A program made the translations under genes and the position numbers. A DNA stretch of 64,000 nt, taken from positions 12,440-76,439 of IMG/VR virus record IMGVR_UViG_2663763407_000006, one strand, 5' to 3'. The DNA is from a virus. Lineage: Duplodnaviria > Caudoviricetes. Numbering within the stretch: the first letter of the stretch is position 1; every line of letters starts with the position of its first letter. Positions 37,162 through 47,311 of this stretch are shown piece by piece. The notes under the pieces are model-generated. The model did not search any database. It was not told the DNA's origin and saw nothing but the letters and a program-made list of their open reading frames with translations.

Positions 37162-37884
37162 ATGAAAAAGTTAAGTTACAAAAATGCATCCCGCGCCGTG
37201 GGTAAGCCTGAACCGGTGATTTATGATGGTGTAACGGTGGGGTTCGGATGTTCAGATCTGCATGTCGCCACAATTCCTGTCTGGTTGGCCCGTCTGGTTA
37301 TCATCAACTTTCATTACAGCAAACGCATAGTAAACAACTCATATTTGCACCTGGGTATTTTCTCCGGTCGCGATCTGGTTGGTGTTATGCAATGGGGCTA
37401 TGCAATGAATCCCAGCAGTGGTGGGCGAGTCGTTGAGGGAACCGGCAACCGGCAATACATGGAACTAAACCGCCTGTGGGTGCATGACGACATGCTGACA
37501 AATACCGAATCGCGGGCGATCAGTTACGCACTCAAAACCATCAAATTGCTTCATCCCGGTGTTGAGTGGGTGCAGACGTTCGCTGATGAGCGGTGCGGGC
37601 GTTTCGGTGTGGTGTACCAGGCTAGCAATTTTGATTATGTGGGTAGCCATCAAAGCACGTTTTATGAATTAGATGGCGAGTGGTACCACAAGATTGCTTT
37701 AACCACTAAGGCCAGCAAAGCGGGTGCGCGTGGTTTACATTTGCAGGCCAATATTCACCGGGCGACAGCACATAAATTTACGCAGTTCCGCTATATCAAG
37801 TTTCTGAATAAACGAGCTAGAAAGCGGCTCAATACAAAGCTGTTTAAACCCCTCCCATATCCAAAGCCGGGAGGGAACAAGTAG
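37162..37884 (+). CDS. mom: Mom-like adenine-modification protein
   Basis: [50 protein letters not shown], closely like Mu Mom. Confidence 0.93.
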   Translation: MKKLSYKNASRAVGKPEPVIYDGVTVGFGCSDLHVATIPVWLARLVIINFHYSKRIVNNSYLHLGIFSGRDLVGVMQWGYAMNPSSGGRVVEGTGNRQYMELNRLWVHDDMLTNTESRAISYALKTIKLLHPGVEWVQTFADERCGRFGVVYQASNFDYVGSHQSTFYELDGEWYHKIALTTKASKAGARGLHLQANIHRATAHKFTQFRYIKFLNKRARKRLNTKLFKPLPYPKPGGNK

Positions 37885-37951
37885 AGCTGCCGGATGGTAG
37901 CTTTTTTTATTTCTACTACGCGCCCAACCCGCTGACCGGGAGGGGGAGATC

Positions 37952-38167
37952 ATGAAAATGAGCAATATCGCTTCTAATGCTTCCTACCTGGCGTCGGGTG
38001 GTAGTTTTATTTTTTGGGCTAAAGAACTGATTGCTGGCTTCACCCCTGATGAGTGGACGGTGATTGGCGTGCTTGGTTCGTTATTCTTTATGGCCCTGAC
38101 ATTCATGCTTAACGCTGGCGTCAAGATTTGGGATCGCCGCCACGGCTATAAACCGGATGGTGAGTGA
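37952..38167 (+). CDS. Holin with dual-start motif
   Basis: Met-Lys-Met start, hydrophobic segments, TPDEWTVIGVLG. Confidence 0.85.
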   Translation: MKMSNIASNASYLASGGSFIFWAKELIAGFTPDEWTVIGVLGSLFFMALTFMLNAGVKIWDRRHGYKPDGE

Positions 38168-38697
38168 TGGCCTCGACAAAAAGCAAATTAAGCGCGGCTG
38201 TCCTGGCTCTGGTTATGGTTGCAGCACCGGCCACCATAATTCTTGATCAGCTTTTGGATGAGAAAGAGGGTAACCGGCTGGTTGCTTATCCAGATGGAAA
38301 GGGGATTTGGACTGTTTGCCGTGGTGCGACTCAAGTCGATGGCAAGCCGGTAGTGAAAGGGATGAAGCTGTCAGCGGATAAGTGTGCTGCGGTGAATCAA
38401 TTGGAGGCTGATAAGGCTATAAACTGGGTAAAGAAAAATGTCCGGGTACCGCTGACTGAACCACAGATGGCCGGTATCGCGTCGTTTTGCCCCTATAACA
38501 TCGGCCCAAGTAAATGTTTCACCTCCACCTTCTATAAAAAACTCAACGCTGGCGACCGTAAAGGTGCATGCGCTGAAATCAAACGCTGGGTATATGACGG
38601 CGGTAAGGATTGCAATATTCGCTCAAATAACTGTTACGGGCAGATAGAACGCCGAGCGCAGGAAAGCGAGCTGACTTGCTGGGGGCTGGATGAATAA
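38164..38697 (+). CDS. SAR endolysin (GH24)
   Basis: Ala-rich N-terminal anchor, E-x8-D-x5-T triad (KEG..YPD..IWT). Confidence 0.92.
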   Translation: MMASTKSKLSAAVLALVMVAAPATIILDQLLDEKEGNRLVAYPDGKGIWTVCRGATQVDGKPVVKGMKLSADKCAAVNQLEADKAINWVKKNVRVPLTEPQMAGIASFCPYNIGPSKCFTSTFYKKLNAGDRKGACAEIKRWVYDGGKDCNIRSNNCYGQIERRAQESELTCWGLDE

Positions 38698-39022
38698 GGC
38701 CATCGGATTAGTCATTGCAGTGCTGGTGGTTATTGTGTCGGCTCTGTTCTTTAACAGTTACCGCCTCTCAAATCAGGTCGAAAAAACGGAAGCGGAGCTG
38801 GTGGCCGAGCAAGCCACAAACACGGTACTGGGTAACATCATTGATGCTTACGGTGCTAACGATGCCGCCAACCGAGCTGCCACCACCCGACAACTCGAAA
38901 ACGAGAGGAAGCTACGCAATGCCAGTGAATTACAGGTTGCACGGTTTAAAGCAGCAGCGGCGAGTGATGATTGTGCTATCAAGCCTATGTCTGGCGATGT
39001 CATTAACATCATGCGCGAATAA
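38690..39022 (+). CDS. i-spanin (Rz-like)
   Basis: N-terminal TM, coiled coil, DDCA. Confidence 0.8.
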   Translation: MNKAIGLVIAVLVVIVSALFFNSYRLSNQVEKTEAELVAEQATNTVLGNIIDAYGANDAANRAATTRQLENERKLRNASELQVARFKAAAASDDCAIKPMSGDVINIMRE

Positions 39023-39227
39023 GCCAACTAAATCGCTTGTTACCGAACCCGCACTATTATTGCCGCCAGAGTCAGCGCTTACCCCCTGTGAAGTTCCAGA
39101 GTTTACCGGTATTACCTGGGGGGATGGCGGATTGTACGCGATGGAATTAAAGCGGGAACTACGAATCTGCAAAGGTCGGCTTGATGAGGTTATTGACTGG
39201 CGCCAGAACGTTGGGAGGAAAACATGA
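38919..39227 (+). CDS. o-spanin (Rz1-like lipoprotein)
   Basis: GAGAGG SD before ATG 38919, lipobox LTSC, PPESALTPC. Confidence 0.8.
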   Translation: MPVNYRLHGLKQQRRVMIVLSSLCLAMSLTSCANKPTKSLVTEPALLLPPESALTPCEVPEFTGITWGDGGLYAMELKRELRICKGRLDEVIDWRQNVGRKT

Positions 39228-39292
39228 TTGCAAATTGGGAAGCACTGCCACAACGGCTCTCAGTAGATACCCAATAACAGACAATCTATGCA

Positions 39293-39613
39293 ATGATAAG
39301 GAACGATTTAAGCTCAAGGTTGCAAGGCATGGCAAAGTTCATAAGGGACTACAAAGGGGCGTTTAGACGCAATGGGTATATCGGACTCGGGATAAGAGAA
39401 TGGATATTCTTCACGCTGAAAAGTGCGCTGCTTTTTTTGGTACTTATTCTTGCTTTCACCGCTCTACAGTACGCCGCTATTTTCGGGACTCCTTTGTTTG
39501 ACTATTTAACGGCTCCCGGTATTCGCATTTCCAGTATCTGCGGGATCCTCGCATCACTGATAGTGAGCTTCGGACCAAGTGTGTTGTACAGCATTAGATA
39601 CTGCGTCAGGTAA
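39293..39613 (+). CDS. Hypothetical membrane protein
   Basis: Two hydrophobic segments; terminator near 39623-39643. Confidence 0.55.
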   Translation: MIRNDLSSRLQGMAKFIRDYKGAFRRNGYIGLGIREWIFFTLKSALLFLVLILAFTALQYAAIFGTPLFDYLTAPGIRISSICGILASLIVSFGPSVLYSIRYCVR

Positions 39614-39725
39614 TCATCACAAGCCGCCTCCGAGCGGTTTTTTATTGGATGCTATTTATAAAACTCTGCCAAGCTTCACCATAATGGCGCTTCACAAAGA
39701 TTTATAACGACAAAAGGAATAGCGA

Positions 39726-40328
39726 ATGACCAAACCAGATTGGGAGGCCATCGAATCGGCGTACCGAGCTGGCTTGATGTCTATCCGAGAAATAGCATCA
39801 CAACACGGCATCACTCACGGCGCTATTAACAAGCGAGCAAAGCGTGACGGCTGGGAGCGTGACCTCAAGGCGAAGATAAAAGCCAAGGCAGATGCGCTGG
39901 TATCCAAACGCGAGGTATCCAGCAAGGTATCCACTGAAACGGCTACCAACGAGCGGATACTGATTGAGGCTAACGCAGAAGTCATTGCCAACGTTCGCAT
40001 GGAGCATCGTGGCGATATTCGTCGTGCTAGGGCAATCACCAACGCTCTATTTGATGAGCTTGGAGCTGAGTGTGCTGATGTCGCTACTCTGGAAAAGCTC
40101 GGTGAGTTAATGTTCAACCCAGACGATAAGGGACAGGATCGCCTGAATGAGATTTATCATAAGGTCATCAGCATGCCGGATCGGGTTAAGTCGGTTAAGG
40201 CGCTTAGCGATGCATTGAAGAACCTCATCGGACTTGAGCGTCAGGCATACGACATCGACGGGCCGGAAGGCGACAACTCTGTTAAGAAACTTTCTGACCT
40301 GATGGATTCATTGTCTCAGGGGGCATAA
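39726..40328 (+). CDS. Terminase small subunit
   Basis: PDWEAIESAYRAG..S.REIA HTH; LERQAY. Confidence 0.88.
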   Translation: MTKPDWEAIESAYRAGLMSIREIASQHGITHGAINKRAKRDGWERDLKAKIKAKADALVSKREVSSKVSTETATNERILIEANAEVIANVRMEHRGDIRRARAITNALFDELGAECADVATLEKLGELMFNPDDKGQDRLNEIYHKVISMPDRVKSVKALSDALKNLIGLERQAYDIDGPEGDNSVKKLSDLMDSLSQGA

Positions 40329-41815
40329 TGAGACCTGAGCACCTCAAGCTGCTGGCAGATAAAGACTGGCGGCTGAATAATCTTTACTGGATCACCGACA
40401 AAGAAGGTAAGCCGATACGCTTCAGGATGACGCCTGAGCAGCGCGAATACTTCGAAGGTATCCATACTCGTAATATCATTCTTAAAGCTCGTCAGCTTGG
40501 CTTCACGACTGAGGTTTGCATTATTCAGTTAGATGCCGCGCTGTTTGAATCAGCTAAATGTGCGCTGATAGCCCACACACTGAATGACGCCAGGCGGCTG
40601 TTTCGCGAAAAGGTAAAATACGCCTACGACAAGTTGCCCGATGAAATCAAAGCAGCCAATCCGGCAAGTAATGATTCCGCTGGCGAGTTGGTGTTTAACA
40701 AAGGCGGCTCACTTTACGTCAGTACCTCATTTCGTGGCGGTACACTGCGTTACCTGCACGTTTCAGAGTTCGGCAAGATATGCGCCAAGTATCCTGACAA
40801 AGCGCGTGAGATTGTCACTGGCGCGTTTGAAGCGGTATCAACTGACTGCTTTACCACTATCGAAAGTACTGCTGAAGGCCGTGCTGGTTACTTTTTCGAT
40901 TACTGCCAAACAGCAGAAAAAGCACAGCTTCAGGGAAAAAAACTTTCTAACCTCGATTGGAAGTTCTTCTTCTTCACCTGGTGGAGAAACCCGCAGTACG
41001 CAATTGACCCGGTTGAGGCTTTACCGCAGCGCCTAGTTGATTACTTTGCTGAGATGGAAGCCAAACACGGAGTTCATCTTAACGAGCGCCAGAAAGCATG
41101 GTACTACGCCAAAGAGAAGACGCTTGGCGACGATATGAAGCGGGAATATCCAACCATCCCCGCCGAAGCATTCCAACAATCAGTCGAAGGTGCTTACTAC
41201 GCCAAACAGTTCCGCTGGCTCTATACCAATAAGCGGATCTGCAAATTACCTGATAACTCACACCTACCGGTTCATACGTTCTGGGATATCGGCGTGGGTG
41301 ACTCAACGGCCATCTGGTTCGTGCGTGAAGTTGGCGAAGAGTTCCACATCATCGACTACTACGAAAACTCCGGTGAAGGTCTACGGCACTATATGAAGGT
41401 GCTGAAAGACCGCGGCTATTCGTATGGCGACCACTGGGGTCCGCACGATATCGAAAACCGTGAATTCGGCTCTGATGCCAAGTCTCGCAAAGAACTGGCG
41501 CGGGAAGGCTATGAAATCGATGGGCAAATTTATTCCATGACATTCAAAGTGGTGCCGAAAACTGGCGTTGATACCGGTATCGAGTCAGTGCGTGAAATTC
41601 TGCCTAAGTGTGTCTTTGATGATGAGAAATGTGCTGAAGGCATAACTCACCTCGAAGGCTACCGGAAAGAATGGGACGACAAACGTGGTTGCTGGAAAGA
41701 CAAACCACTTCACGATCACACCTCTCACGGCTCTGATGGGTTCCGTTACTTTGCTGTAGCGAAGAACAATAAGCGCCAAGAAGCATTCAGCATAAACATG
41801 AGAACCGCATTCTAA
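40328..41815 (+). CDS. Terminase large subunit
   Basis: KARQLGFTT, LHVSE, ESTAEG, WDIGVGD, SHGSDGFRY. Confidence 0.94.
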   Translation: MRPEHLKLLADKDWRLNNLYWITDKEGKPIRFRMTPEQREYFEGIHTRNIILKARQLGFTTEVCIIQLDAALFESAKCALIAHTLNDARRLFREKVKYAYDKLPDEIKAANPASNDSAGELVFNKGGSLYVSTSFRGGTLRYLHVSEFGKICAKYPDKAREIVTGAFEAVSTDCFTTIESTAEGRAGYFFDYCQTAEKAQLQGKKLSNLDWKFFFFTWWRNPQYAIDPVEALPQRLVDYFAEMEAKHGVHLNERQKAWYYAKEKTLGDDMKREYPTIPAEAFQQSVEGAYYAKQFRWLYTNKRICKLPDNSHLPVHTFWDIGVGDSTAIWFVREVGEEFHIIDYYENSGEGLRHYMKVLKDRGYSYGDHWGPHDIENREFGSDAKSRKELAREGYEIDGQIYSMTFKVVPKTGVDTGIESVREILPKCVFDDEKCAEGITHLEGYRKEWDDKRGCWKDKPLHDHTSHGSDGFRYFAVAKNNKRQEAFSINMRTAF

Positions 41816-43203
41816 TGGCTAATAACGACATTACATTTATCCGGCCTGAACATGGGGCCGCAAGCCCGTTATGGGAAACGGTTCGCGATGTTTGTCGTGG
41901 GCCAGATGCGGTTAAGCGTAGACGGCATAAATATCTGCCAAAGCTTGACCCGACAAACAATAGTGAAGAGAACAACCGGCGCAATGATGACTATCTTCGC
42001 CGCGCTGTCTTTTATGCGATCACCGGTCATACCAAAAATGGGTTGATCGGGATGGCATTTCGTCGCGACCCCACTGTGACTATCGTCGATAAAATGGAAT
42101 ACCTGAAAACCAACGCCAATGGCGCAGGTATCAGCATTTATCAACAGGCGCAGTCAGTTCTTGAATCTGTATTAGAAGTTGCCAGAGAGGGGTTATACGT
42201 CGATTACAGCGCTGATATGAAAGGGGCCATCATTCTTAATTATCGCGCTGAGGACATTATCAACTGGCGAACTGAGCGGATAAATGGGCGCGATAAACTG
42301 GTTTTGGTCGTGCTGCGTGAGTGTGTTGAAGAACCAGATGGCTACGGCTTCAAGGATCGCATTCAATACCGTGAGCTGGCGATGGACGGTGGTCGGTTCG
42401 TATGTCGCGTCTGGCGTAATGTCGGACCGAAAAAGAGCGGTGTTTATGACGTTGATAGCGAATATTACCCAGTGATTCAGTTTGGCGGTTCATGGGATGA
42501 AATACCGTTCACCTTTGTTGGCGCGCAAAACAATGACCCGTCAATTGATGAATCACCTTTATTGGCACTGACTGAAATCAATCTCGGCCATTACCGAAAC
42601 TCAGCCGATTACGAGGATAGCCTGTTCTTTTGTGGGCAGGTGCAGCCGTGGATCAGTGGATTAACCGAAGAGTGGCGCGACTGGCTGCAAAAGGCAGGGG
42701 TTGCTCTTGGTTCACGTTCGCCAATATTGTTGCCAAAGGACGGGGCTTCTGGGTTTAACCAAGCGCAGCCAAATATGATAGCCAAAGAGGGGATGGACTC
42801 CAAACGCGACTACATGATCTCTCTTGGCGCTCGATTGGTTGAGCAAAATAGCGCGGTAAAAACAGCAACGCAGGCAACGGGCGACCAGGCGGCGTCTACC
42901 TCTGTTCTTGGCATCTGTTGTGCCAACGTTTCAGAGGCCTATACGCAAGCACTGCTTTGGTGTGCGAAATACATGGGGAATAAGGGAGCAGAGGTTGCGT
43001 ATTCCATCAGCCAGGAATTTATTCAGCGCGTTGCCGACTCAGGGATGTTGGCTGCGATTGTTGCAGCTTGGCAGAGTGGCGCAATTCGTGATGCAGATAT
43101 GATCCGGGCAATGCAAAAGCTGGATATTATCGACCCAGAATCAAATCCCAATGATGTTCTGGACGAATTGAAAAATCAGAGTCCCAGCCTGACAGGTGGC
43201 TAA
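41815..43203 (+). CDS. Portal protein (DUF4055-like)
   Basis: YL.RAVFY, IINWR, IPFTFVG, HYRNSADYE; position. Confidence 0.88.
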   Translation: MANNDITFIRPEHGAASPLWETVRDVCRGPDAVKRRRHKYLPKLDPTNNSEENNRRNDDYLRRAVFYAITGHTKNGLIGMAFRRDPTVTIVDKMEYLKTNANGAGISIYQQAQSVLESVLEVAREGLYVDYSADMKGAIILNYRAEDIINWRTERINGRDKLVLVVLRECVEEPDGYGFKDRIQYRELAMDGGRFVCRVWRNVGPKKSGVYDVDSEYYPVIQFGGSWDEIPFTFVGAQNNDPSIDESPLLALTEINLGHYRNSADYEDSLFFCGQVQPWISGLTEEWRDWLQKAGVALGSRSPILLPKDGASGFNQAQPNMIAKEGMDSKRDYMISLGARLVEQNSAVKTATQATGDQAASTSVLGICCANVSEAYTQALLWCAKYMGNKGAEVAYSISQEFIQRVADSGMLAAIVAAWQSGAIRDADMIRAMQKLDIIDPESNPNDVLDELKNQSPSLTGG

Positions 43204-44316
43204 ATGGCAACGATTAACGAAAGGCTACGTGATGAAGCAATAGCACATAGCCTGTTTCAATCGCGTTATGGTGCTGGCGTTGCCCGTAAAATGGTTAAAG
43301 TGCTCAACGAGAGCGATGCTGAGCTATCTGCTCGTCTAATTGTGGCGCTTGATGAAGTCAATCCGAATAGTGTCACAGTGAAGCGCTTAGAGAGCTTGCT
43401 AGCGAGTGTGCGCGAAGTGAACAAGCAAGCTGTTGATGCGATGTATGTCTCTCTGTCAGACGAGCTGCTGGACTTTGCAAAGCATGAGGCAGGTTATCAG
43501 CTTGGTTTGTTTGACTCCTTATTGCCGGGGCCAGTTTTAAATCGGTTCCCGCTAGCATCAATCACTCAAGAGCAGGTTTACGCCGCTGCAATGGCTCAAC
43601 CGTTCCAGGGGCGATTGCTGCGAGACTGGGCTGAGAATATCGAAGCCGATCGGATGACACGCATTATCAATACGGTGAAAAACGGCTATCTGGCTGGCGA
43701 TACGGTTGAACAGATGGCGCGGAAGGTACGCGGCACCAGAGCAAAAAACTATCAAGATGGCGCAATCGAGGCGGGCCGAAAGAATGTCACTGCGGTGGTG
43801 AAAACGGCCGTCACTCATATGGCTGCCGTGGCGAGGGATAAATTTGCTGATAACAACAGCAATATCATTGATACCAAGCAATGGCTCAGTACCTTGGACA
43901 ATAAAACTTCTCACGATTGCATCATCCGTGACCGCCTCAAATACACGTTGGAAGGTAAACCCATTGGTCACAAGGTTCCATATCTTCAGGGGCCAGGCCG
44001 CATTCATTTCTGTTGTCGCTCAATGGAAACCTTAATCACCAAATCATGGCGAGAAATGGGGATTGATATTGATGAAATGGACGAAGGTACTCGCGCCAGC
44101 ATGGATGGGCAGGTACCGGCAGGAACGACATACGGCGAGTGGCTACAGCGGCAATCTTACCGCCGACAGGTTCAGGTGCTGGGCGAGACTCGCGCTAGAC
44201 TGATGAAAGATGGCGGTATGCGAACTGATGAATTTTTCACTGATAAAGGGGAGTGGCTGACGTTACAGCAGCTTCGCGATATTGACGGTCGGGCATTCTC
44301 TGATGTAGGCCTGTAG
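43204..44316 (+). CDS. Head morphogenesis protein (SPP1 gp7/Mu gpF-like)
   Basis: WLSTLDNKTS..C..RD, HFCCRS. Confidence 0.9.
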   Translation: MATINERLRDEAIAHSLFQSRYGAGVARKMVKVLNESDAELSARLIVALDEVNPNSVTVKRLESLLASVREVNKQAVDAMYVSLSDELLDFAKHEAGYQLGLFDSLLPGPVLNRFPLASITQEQVYAAAMAQPFQGRLLRDWAENIEADRMTRIINTVKNGYLAGDTVEQMARKVRGTRAKNYQDGAIEAGRKNVTAVVKTAVTHMAAVARDKFADNNSNIIDTKQWLSTLDNKTSHDCIIRDRLKYTLEGKPIGHKVPYLQGPGRIHFCCRSMETLITKSWREMGIDIDEMDEGTRASMDGQVPAGTTYGEWLQRQSYRRQVQVLGETRARLMKDGGMRTDEFFTDKGEWLTLQQLRDIDGRAFSDVGL

Positions 44317-44373
44317 GAAACTACGCTTTAACAATTACCGCCAACGGTAAAAAACTGAGTTATCCAAAATCTG

Positions 44374-44399
44374 AGCCTCGCCATCGTGCGGGGCTTTTT
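44374..44399 (+). terminator. Intrinsic terminator
   Basis: AGCCTCGC-catcgt-GCGGGGCT plus Ts. Confidence 0.7.
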
Positions 44400-44437
44400 A
44401 ATGGGCTAGGCCCAGCAATAAATCCCAAGGGGACAGC

Positions 44438-45211
44438 ATGCTATTCCGAAATATCGCACGTAAATATTATGCCGAGGCAGGTGAAGGTGGCGAAGGTGGT
44501 GGCGGACCAGCCGCAACTATCACACCAGAGATTCAGGCATTGATTGATGCCAGGGTTAATGAATCTGTCACAGGACTCAAAACCAAAAATAGCGAATTAC
44601 TCGGCAAGCTCAAAGAGCAAGGCGAGAGCCTAAAACGCTATGACGGTATCGACCCGGACGCGGTGAAAACCATCCTGCAACGATTTTCTGACGACGAAGA
44701 AGCCAAGCTGATCGCCGCTGGAAAGATTGATGAGGTACTGGATAAACGCACTGAGCGATTACGGGCTGATGTTGATAAAAAACTCAAAGTTGCCAATGAC
44801 CGCGCTGAGAAAGCCGAAAGTTTCAGCAAAAAATTCAGTGACCGGGTGCTTGGTGATGCCATTCGCTCCGCCGCATTGAAAACTGGCGCATTGCCGGGTG
44901 CTGCTGACGACATCATCCTGCGCGCAAAAGGCGTATTTACTCTCAACGATGAAGGTGAGGCCGTCGCCGTTGATAAAGATGGTTCAGCCCTACTGGGAAA
45001 GGATGGAAAAACACCACTCACCCCGCACGAATGGGCTGAATCACTGAAAGATGTTGCTCCGCATCTCTGGCCGCAGGCTGAAGGCACCAACGCTGGCGGT
45101 CATAAGCAGAATGGCGGCGCACTCAAACGATCAGCAATGACCGCAGCCCAAAAGGCGGAATTTATTCGTGCTAACGGGCAGCAGGCATTCTTAAAACTTC
45201 CGAAAGAATAA
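44438..45211 (+). CDS. Capsid scaffold protein
   Basis: Coiled-coil, charged; directly upstream of capsid gene. Confidence 0.8.
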   Translation: MLFRNIARKYYAEAGEGGEGGGGPAATITPEIQALIDARVNESVTGLKTKNSELLGKLKEQGESLKRYDGIDPDAVKTILQRFSDDEEAKLIAAGKIDEVLDKRTERLRADVDKKLKVANDRAEKAESFSKKFSDRVLGDAIRSAALKTGALPGAADDIILRAKGVFTLNDEGEAVAVDKDGSALLGKDGKTPLTPHEWAESLKDVAPHLWPQAEGTNAGGHKQNGGALKRSAMTAAQKAEFIRANGQQAFLKLPKE

Positions 45212-45224
45212 GGATTTATAATTT

Positions 45225-46430
45225 ATGACCACAACCGTTAACTCTGACCTGATCATCTATAACGATCTGGCTCAGACATCCTATCTTGAGCGCCGACAGG
45301 ACAACCTTGACGTGTTCAACGCCTCTTCAAATGGTGCGATTGTGCTGGATAACGCCTTGATTGAAGGGGATTTCCGTAAACGTGCTTTCTATCAGCTTGG
45401 TGGCAGCATCGAGCACCGTGATGTTGATTCAACCGGGAAAGTCACAGGTAAGAAAATTGGTGCCGGTGAATCAGTTGGCGTTAAGGCTCCGTGGAAATAC
45501 GGCCCTTACCAGACGACTGAAGAGGCATTTAAACGTCGTGGCCGTGACGTGTCTGAATTCTCCGAAATTGTGGGCGTAGATGTCGCCGACGCTTCACTGG
45601 AGGGGTTCATCAAGTACGGCATTCAGGCGTTGAGCGCTTCCATCGGTGCTAACCCTGACATGGTTGTAACTGCCAACATTGAAGTTGATGGCAAGAAAAC
45701 CCTGACCAAAGGTATGCGCAAGTACGGTGATCGCTTTGGCCGTATTGCGCTGTTTGTTATGCACTCATCTACCTACTTTGACATCATTGATCAGGCGATT
45801 GCAGCCAAGATTTATGAGGAGGCTGGTGTTGTAGTGTATGGCGGTCAGCCTGGCACATTAGGTAAGCCGGTTCTGGTTACCGATACTGCGCCAATTGATG
45901 CCATCTTTGGGTTGTTGCCGAACGCGGTGGTTATTACCGAGTCGCAGGCTCCTGGCTTCCGGTCATACCCAATCAACGATGAGGAAAACCTCGGCGTTGG
46001 TTATCGCGCAGAAGGGACAATTAACATCGACTTGCTGGGCTATAGCTGGGATGAAACCAACGGCGGCAAGAATCCGAGCTTGACCGAAATTGGCGCGACC
46101 AATAGCTGGAAAAAACATGCAACCAGCAACAAAGTTACCGCAGGCGTGATGATTAAGTTGATTGCTGAAGATGTGGCGGCAACAGGTGTCACTCTGAATA
46201 AATCGACGACTTCATTGGTTGTTGGTGCAGATGAAACGCTTGTTGCTACTGTCGCTCCATCTGATGCTGCGAATAAAGCTGTTATCTGGACTTCATCCGC
46301 TGCTGCAAAAGCCACAGTTGATGCAAATGGTAAGGTGACTGCTGTTGCCGCAGGAAGCGCAACTATTACCGCTAAGTGCGTGGACGGCAACTTCACTGCG
46401 ACTTGCGTAGTGACTGTTACGGCTGCTTAA
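45225..46430 (+). CDS. Major capsid protein with C-terminal Ig-like (Big_2) domain
   Basis: TLGKPVLVTD, GYSWD; VTLNK..L.VG..L.ATV.PSDA.NK.V.W.SS. Confidence 0.9.
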   Translation: MTTTVNSDLIIYNDLAQTSYLERRQDNLDVFNASSNGAIVLDNALIEGDFRKRAFYQLGGSIEHRDVDSTGKVTGKKIGAGESVGVKAPWKYGPYQTTEEAFKRRGRDVSEFSEIVGVDVADASLEGFIKYGIQALSASIGANPDMVVTANIEVDGKKTLTKGMRKYGDRFGRIALFVMHSSTYFDIIDQAIAAKIYEEAGVVVYGGQPGTLGKPVLVTDTAPIDAIFGLLPNAVVITESQAPGFRSYPINDEENLGVGYRAEGTINIDLLGYSWDETNGGKNPSLTEIGATNSWKKHATSNKVTAGVMIKLIAEDVAATGVTLNKSTTSLVVGADETLVATVAPSDAANKAVIWTSSAAAKATVDANGKVTAVAAGSATITAKCVDGNFTATCVVTVTAA

Positions 46431-46477
46431 GTTGGATAACTATAGGGGCTTAGGCCCCTTTTCTATTGGAGGATAGG

Positions 46478-46960
46478 ATGTTAGTAACCGATCCAACCTC
46501 ACCAGATTTTAACAGCTACGCATCATTCGAAGATTTAGTCGCGTTCGCTTTGGCGCGCGCAGTTAACTTACCTTCTGAAACAGAGTCATTACTGATTAAG
46601 GCGATGGACTACCTGAACGGGCTTAATTGGTATGGAAGCAGAACCAAACTAACTCAGCCACTACCCTGGCCGAGATCAGGTATCACTTTCGATGGATTTA
46701 GTTACCCCTCGGCCAGTATTCCTCCACAATTGATTGCGGCCCAGTGCATGCTGGCCGTGGAAGCTATTGAGGGTGAGTTACTGGGTTCAAATAGAGAGGC
46801 GGCAATAAAGTCTGAGACTGTATCAGGGGCGGTATCTGTGACTTATGCTGTATCTGATGCTGAGTCATTTACTCCCAATTATCCGGCAGTGATGGCAATT
46901 CTACGTGGGTTCGTTGCGGGTAGCGGTTTTGCTATTAATGCCACCGCGAGGCGTCAATAA
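46478..46960 (+). CDS. Head-tail connector
   Basis: NSYAS, LIKAMDYL, QPLPWPR; position. Confidence 0.8.
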   Translation: MLVTDPTSPDFNSYASFEDLVAFALARAVNLPSETESLLIKAMDYLNGLNWYGSRTKLTQPLPWPRSGITFDGFSYPSASIPPQLIAAQCMLAVEAIEGELLGSNREAAIKSETVSGAVSVTYAVSDAESFTPNYPAVMAILRGFVAGSGFAINATARRQ

Positions 46961-47310
46961 TGGCTATCAATTACCCACGAATGCGAGCGACAGCAACACG
47001 ATTGATTACCGAAAATGGAGCGACCTACCAACTATCTCGCGGTGGTGGCGTCGAGTTCGTTGGAGGTGTTGAAGTTGAAATCCCTCTGGAAACATCCTCC
47101 ATTGTTGGTGTTATTTCCAGTTACTCTCCCGGCGAGATTGATGGCACCTTAATCCAGAATGGTGATGTGAAAATGTCGGCTACGGCTGATGTGGAAATTC
47201 GCATCGGCGATCTGATTATGATTGATGGCAAAAAACATCGAGTCATTAAACCTAATCCAGTAAAACCCGCTGCACTGCTGATCTGCTACAAACCACAACT
47301 GAGGGCGTGA
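46960..47310 (+). CDS. Head closure protein
   Basis: EIDGTLIQ.GD; position. Confidence 0.75.
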   Translation: MAINYPRMRATATRLITENGATYQLSRGGGVEFVGGVEVEIPLETSSIVGVISSYSPGEIDGTLIQNGDVKMSATADVEIRIGDLIMIDGKKHRVIKPNPVKPAALLICYKPQLRA

Positions 47311-47311
47311 T

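Noticed and set aside
37146-37165. LexA box at mom start (CTGTATATATAACCAT)
   Set aside because: Right half is CAT, not CAG; suggestive but not callable
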